Assembly: GCF_006345805.1 (NCBI RefSeq)
Contig: NW_021826987.1
Location: 1 to 11,388 of the forward strand
Length of the DNA: 11,388 bases
Source: Octopus sinensis
Lineage: Eukaryota
Direction: 5' to 3'
The first letter of the stretch is position 1. Every line of letters begins with the position of its first letter. The notes beneath the pieces are model-generated. The model was given only the letters and a program-made list of their open reading frames with translations, was not told the origin of the DNA and did not search any database. This document shows positions 9,635-11,388 of the stretch, in pieces. Both the position numbers and the translations under genes were made by a program.

Positions 9635-9812
9635 GCGCCACACCCTGGTACACCGACTCAGATGACGAGCTAAAGCACAAAAGGAGGCTGGTGTTGATAC
9701 TGCACCACTAAGCAATCAGAGGAGCTGCAGTAAGGGTCAACAGCCAGAGCCAAACAGTCTCAAGAAAACCAACGAGGGCAACCCACGGAAAACTTCGTGG
9801 ACGTCAGCTAGA
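9635..9812 (+). pseudogene. Possible highly decayed RTE-type LINE C-terminal fragment
   Basis: SATPWYTDSDDELKHKRRLVLILHH* and, frameshifted, NQRGQPTENFVDV loosely echo the W...EL, RRL...H, RGRP...D motif order at RTE ORF ends. Confidence 0.25.
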
Positions 9813-10113
9813 AGTAAACAGAAACTGCTTCACTTACAGTTTCTTTCCTAAATGCAAGTGGTTCGAATTCATATTAGTATACTTTCCCCAGGGAGAACCT
9901 CCGGCTGCGAAAACAGTTCAAAAAGCAAAAGCCTCACCGTTGACCAATCCCAAGAGAGTTCTTTGATTGCTTGAAGCGTCACCTGACGAGGGATCTATCC
10001 AATGCTTTCTACAGCGATTTCCTTACAATACTTTACCGATTCTTCTCTTATTTTCTTTCGCAAACCACAAACACTTCGCTTCAAGCTTCATTGTGTTCCC
10101 GCTTAATTAATGG

Positions 10114-10318
10114 TTTTAAATTTTGGCACAAGGCTAGCAATTGTGTGGGGGATGCAAGTCGATTACATCAACCCCTGTGCTCGACTGGTACTTATTTTAT
10201 AGATCCCGGAAGGATAAAAGGCAAAGTCGAGCCCAGCGGAATTTGAACTCAGGACGTAAAGTCGGAAGAAATGCCGCTAACCATTTTTTACGACGCTGTC
10301 ACGAATCTGCCAGCTCGG
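10114..10318 (-). mobile_element. SINE family 2, tail type A, full-length diverged monomer
   Basis: ttggcacaagg tail, aaggcaaagtcgagcccagcggaatttgaactc core, and head ending tctgccagctcg as at 9200-9211. Confidence 0.9.
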
Positions 10319-10373
10319 TGCTTGTTCCCGATTAACCATTAACCAACCAATGAGAGAACAACTGTGTAGTAGC

Positions 10374-10600
10374 TTGATCTGCGAACACTAACACCCAAAT
10401 CTCTCTCAAGTTACATCCTGGCCATTAAAGAAAAGAAAAAAATAAGGAAAAGGGATAAATAAGTGCACATTGAATGATGTAGATCTAGGTACATTGTGCC
10501 TGGATAAAAGATGAGTTGAGTATCGGTCAGTGTTCCCAACTTTGATGATAGCTCTGCATCGCCTGGATTGTCTTTTGGCTCAAAACAAGAACAGAAGCAG
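10374..10600 (+). mobile_element. Probable diverged interspersed-repeat 3' portion ending in an AAC/GCA-type tail
   Basis: Recognised only from memory as similar to a common octopus repeat (gatctgc...ccaaatctctctcaa...ggctcaaaacaagaac); no second full copy in the window. Confidence 0.35.
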
Positions 10601-10724
10601 CGGCCGCAGCAGCCGCAGCAGTAGCAAAAAAAAAAAAAACAGCTGTAATTAACCTCTTTAGTTAATTAATTGTTGTAAATATCAAATATCACCTCGTAGA
10701 TGCACGTATGCATCACTCACAAGT

Positions 10725-11281
10725 AGTACCACAGCCGCAGCCACTACCGATACCACTTGAAAAAACAACACCAAGATCACAGACTAACACCATCCCACCA
10801 CCGCTACCACCTCCACTACCAACATCATCACTACCATCACGTCCCTCACCATTATCACCATCACTAATTCCATCACCACCATCACCACCAACACCATCAC
10901 CACCACCATCATCACTACCACCACCAGCACAAACCACCACCACAATAACAACGACCACCACCACACCACCATAACACCACAACCACCACCATCATCACCA
11001 CCACCATCATCACCACCACCACCACTACAACAACCACTACCACTACCACCAGGACCACCACCTCCACCACCATATCACCGCAACCACCAATATCACCACC
11101 ACCACCTTCGTCACCACCACTATCATCTTCATCATTCGTCTGCACCGTCTTCAGCACTGAGTCCGCCGACACCAGCACCATTCCACTACTATCTCCACCC
11201 TCCACCACCACCACCATCACCACTGTCAGCCTGACCACCACTATCTCCACCGCCACCATCACCACAGTCACCATCACCACT
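10725..11281. repeat. Long degenerate (CCA/TCA)n trinucleotide tract
   Basis: Direct reading; explains ORFs 10708-11280. Confidence 0.95.
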
Positions 11282-11388
11282 TCAACGCAAGATAGTCTGG
11301 CAACACTGAAACAATGACCGGGTCAGCAGACATTTGACGCCATTGCTAACTTCACTGTCCCTCAGAGTGACCAACTGTTGTATTACGT

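Overview
Repeat-saturated, AT-rich eukaryotic DNA (intronic or intergenic). From recognition of the SINE families and the (TA)/(GATA)/(CCA) microsatellite load it is most likely a coleoid cephalopod such as Octopus; this is an inference, not a database result. Nearly all long ORFs are microsatellite read-throughs. The real content is at least three tRNA-derived SINE families (about 10 copies or fragments), a 5'-truncated L1/Tx1-like LINE end sitting inside a (GATA)n array, and two copies of a ~200 bp element carrying a minimal hammerhead-ribozyme core of the Penelope type. The most interesting signals are (1) a SINE whose 3' tail matches the 3' end of that LINE (30/42 ungapped) and which sits inside a related SINE under one 18-bp TSD, suggesting a site-directed LINE/SINE partner system, and (2) the two hammerhead copies with complementary defects. 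No protein-coding gene can be called confidently; two weak exon candidates are noted.
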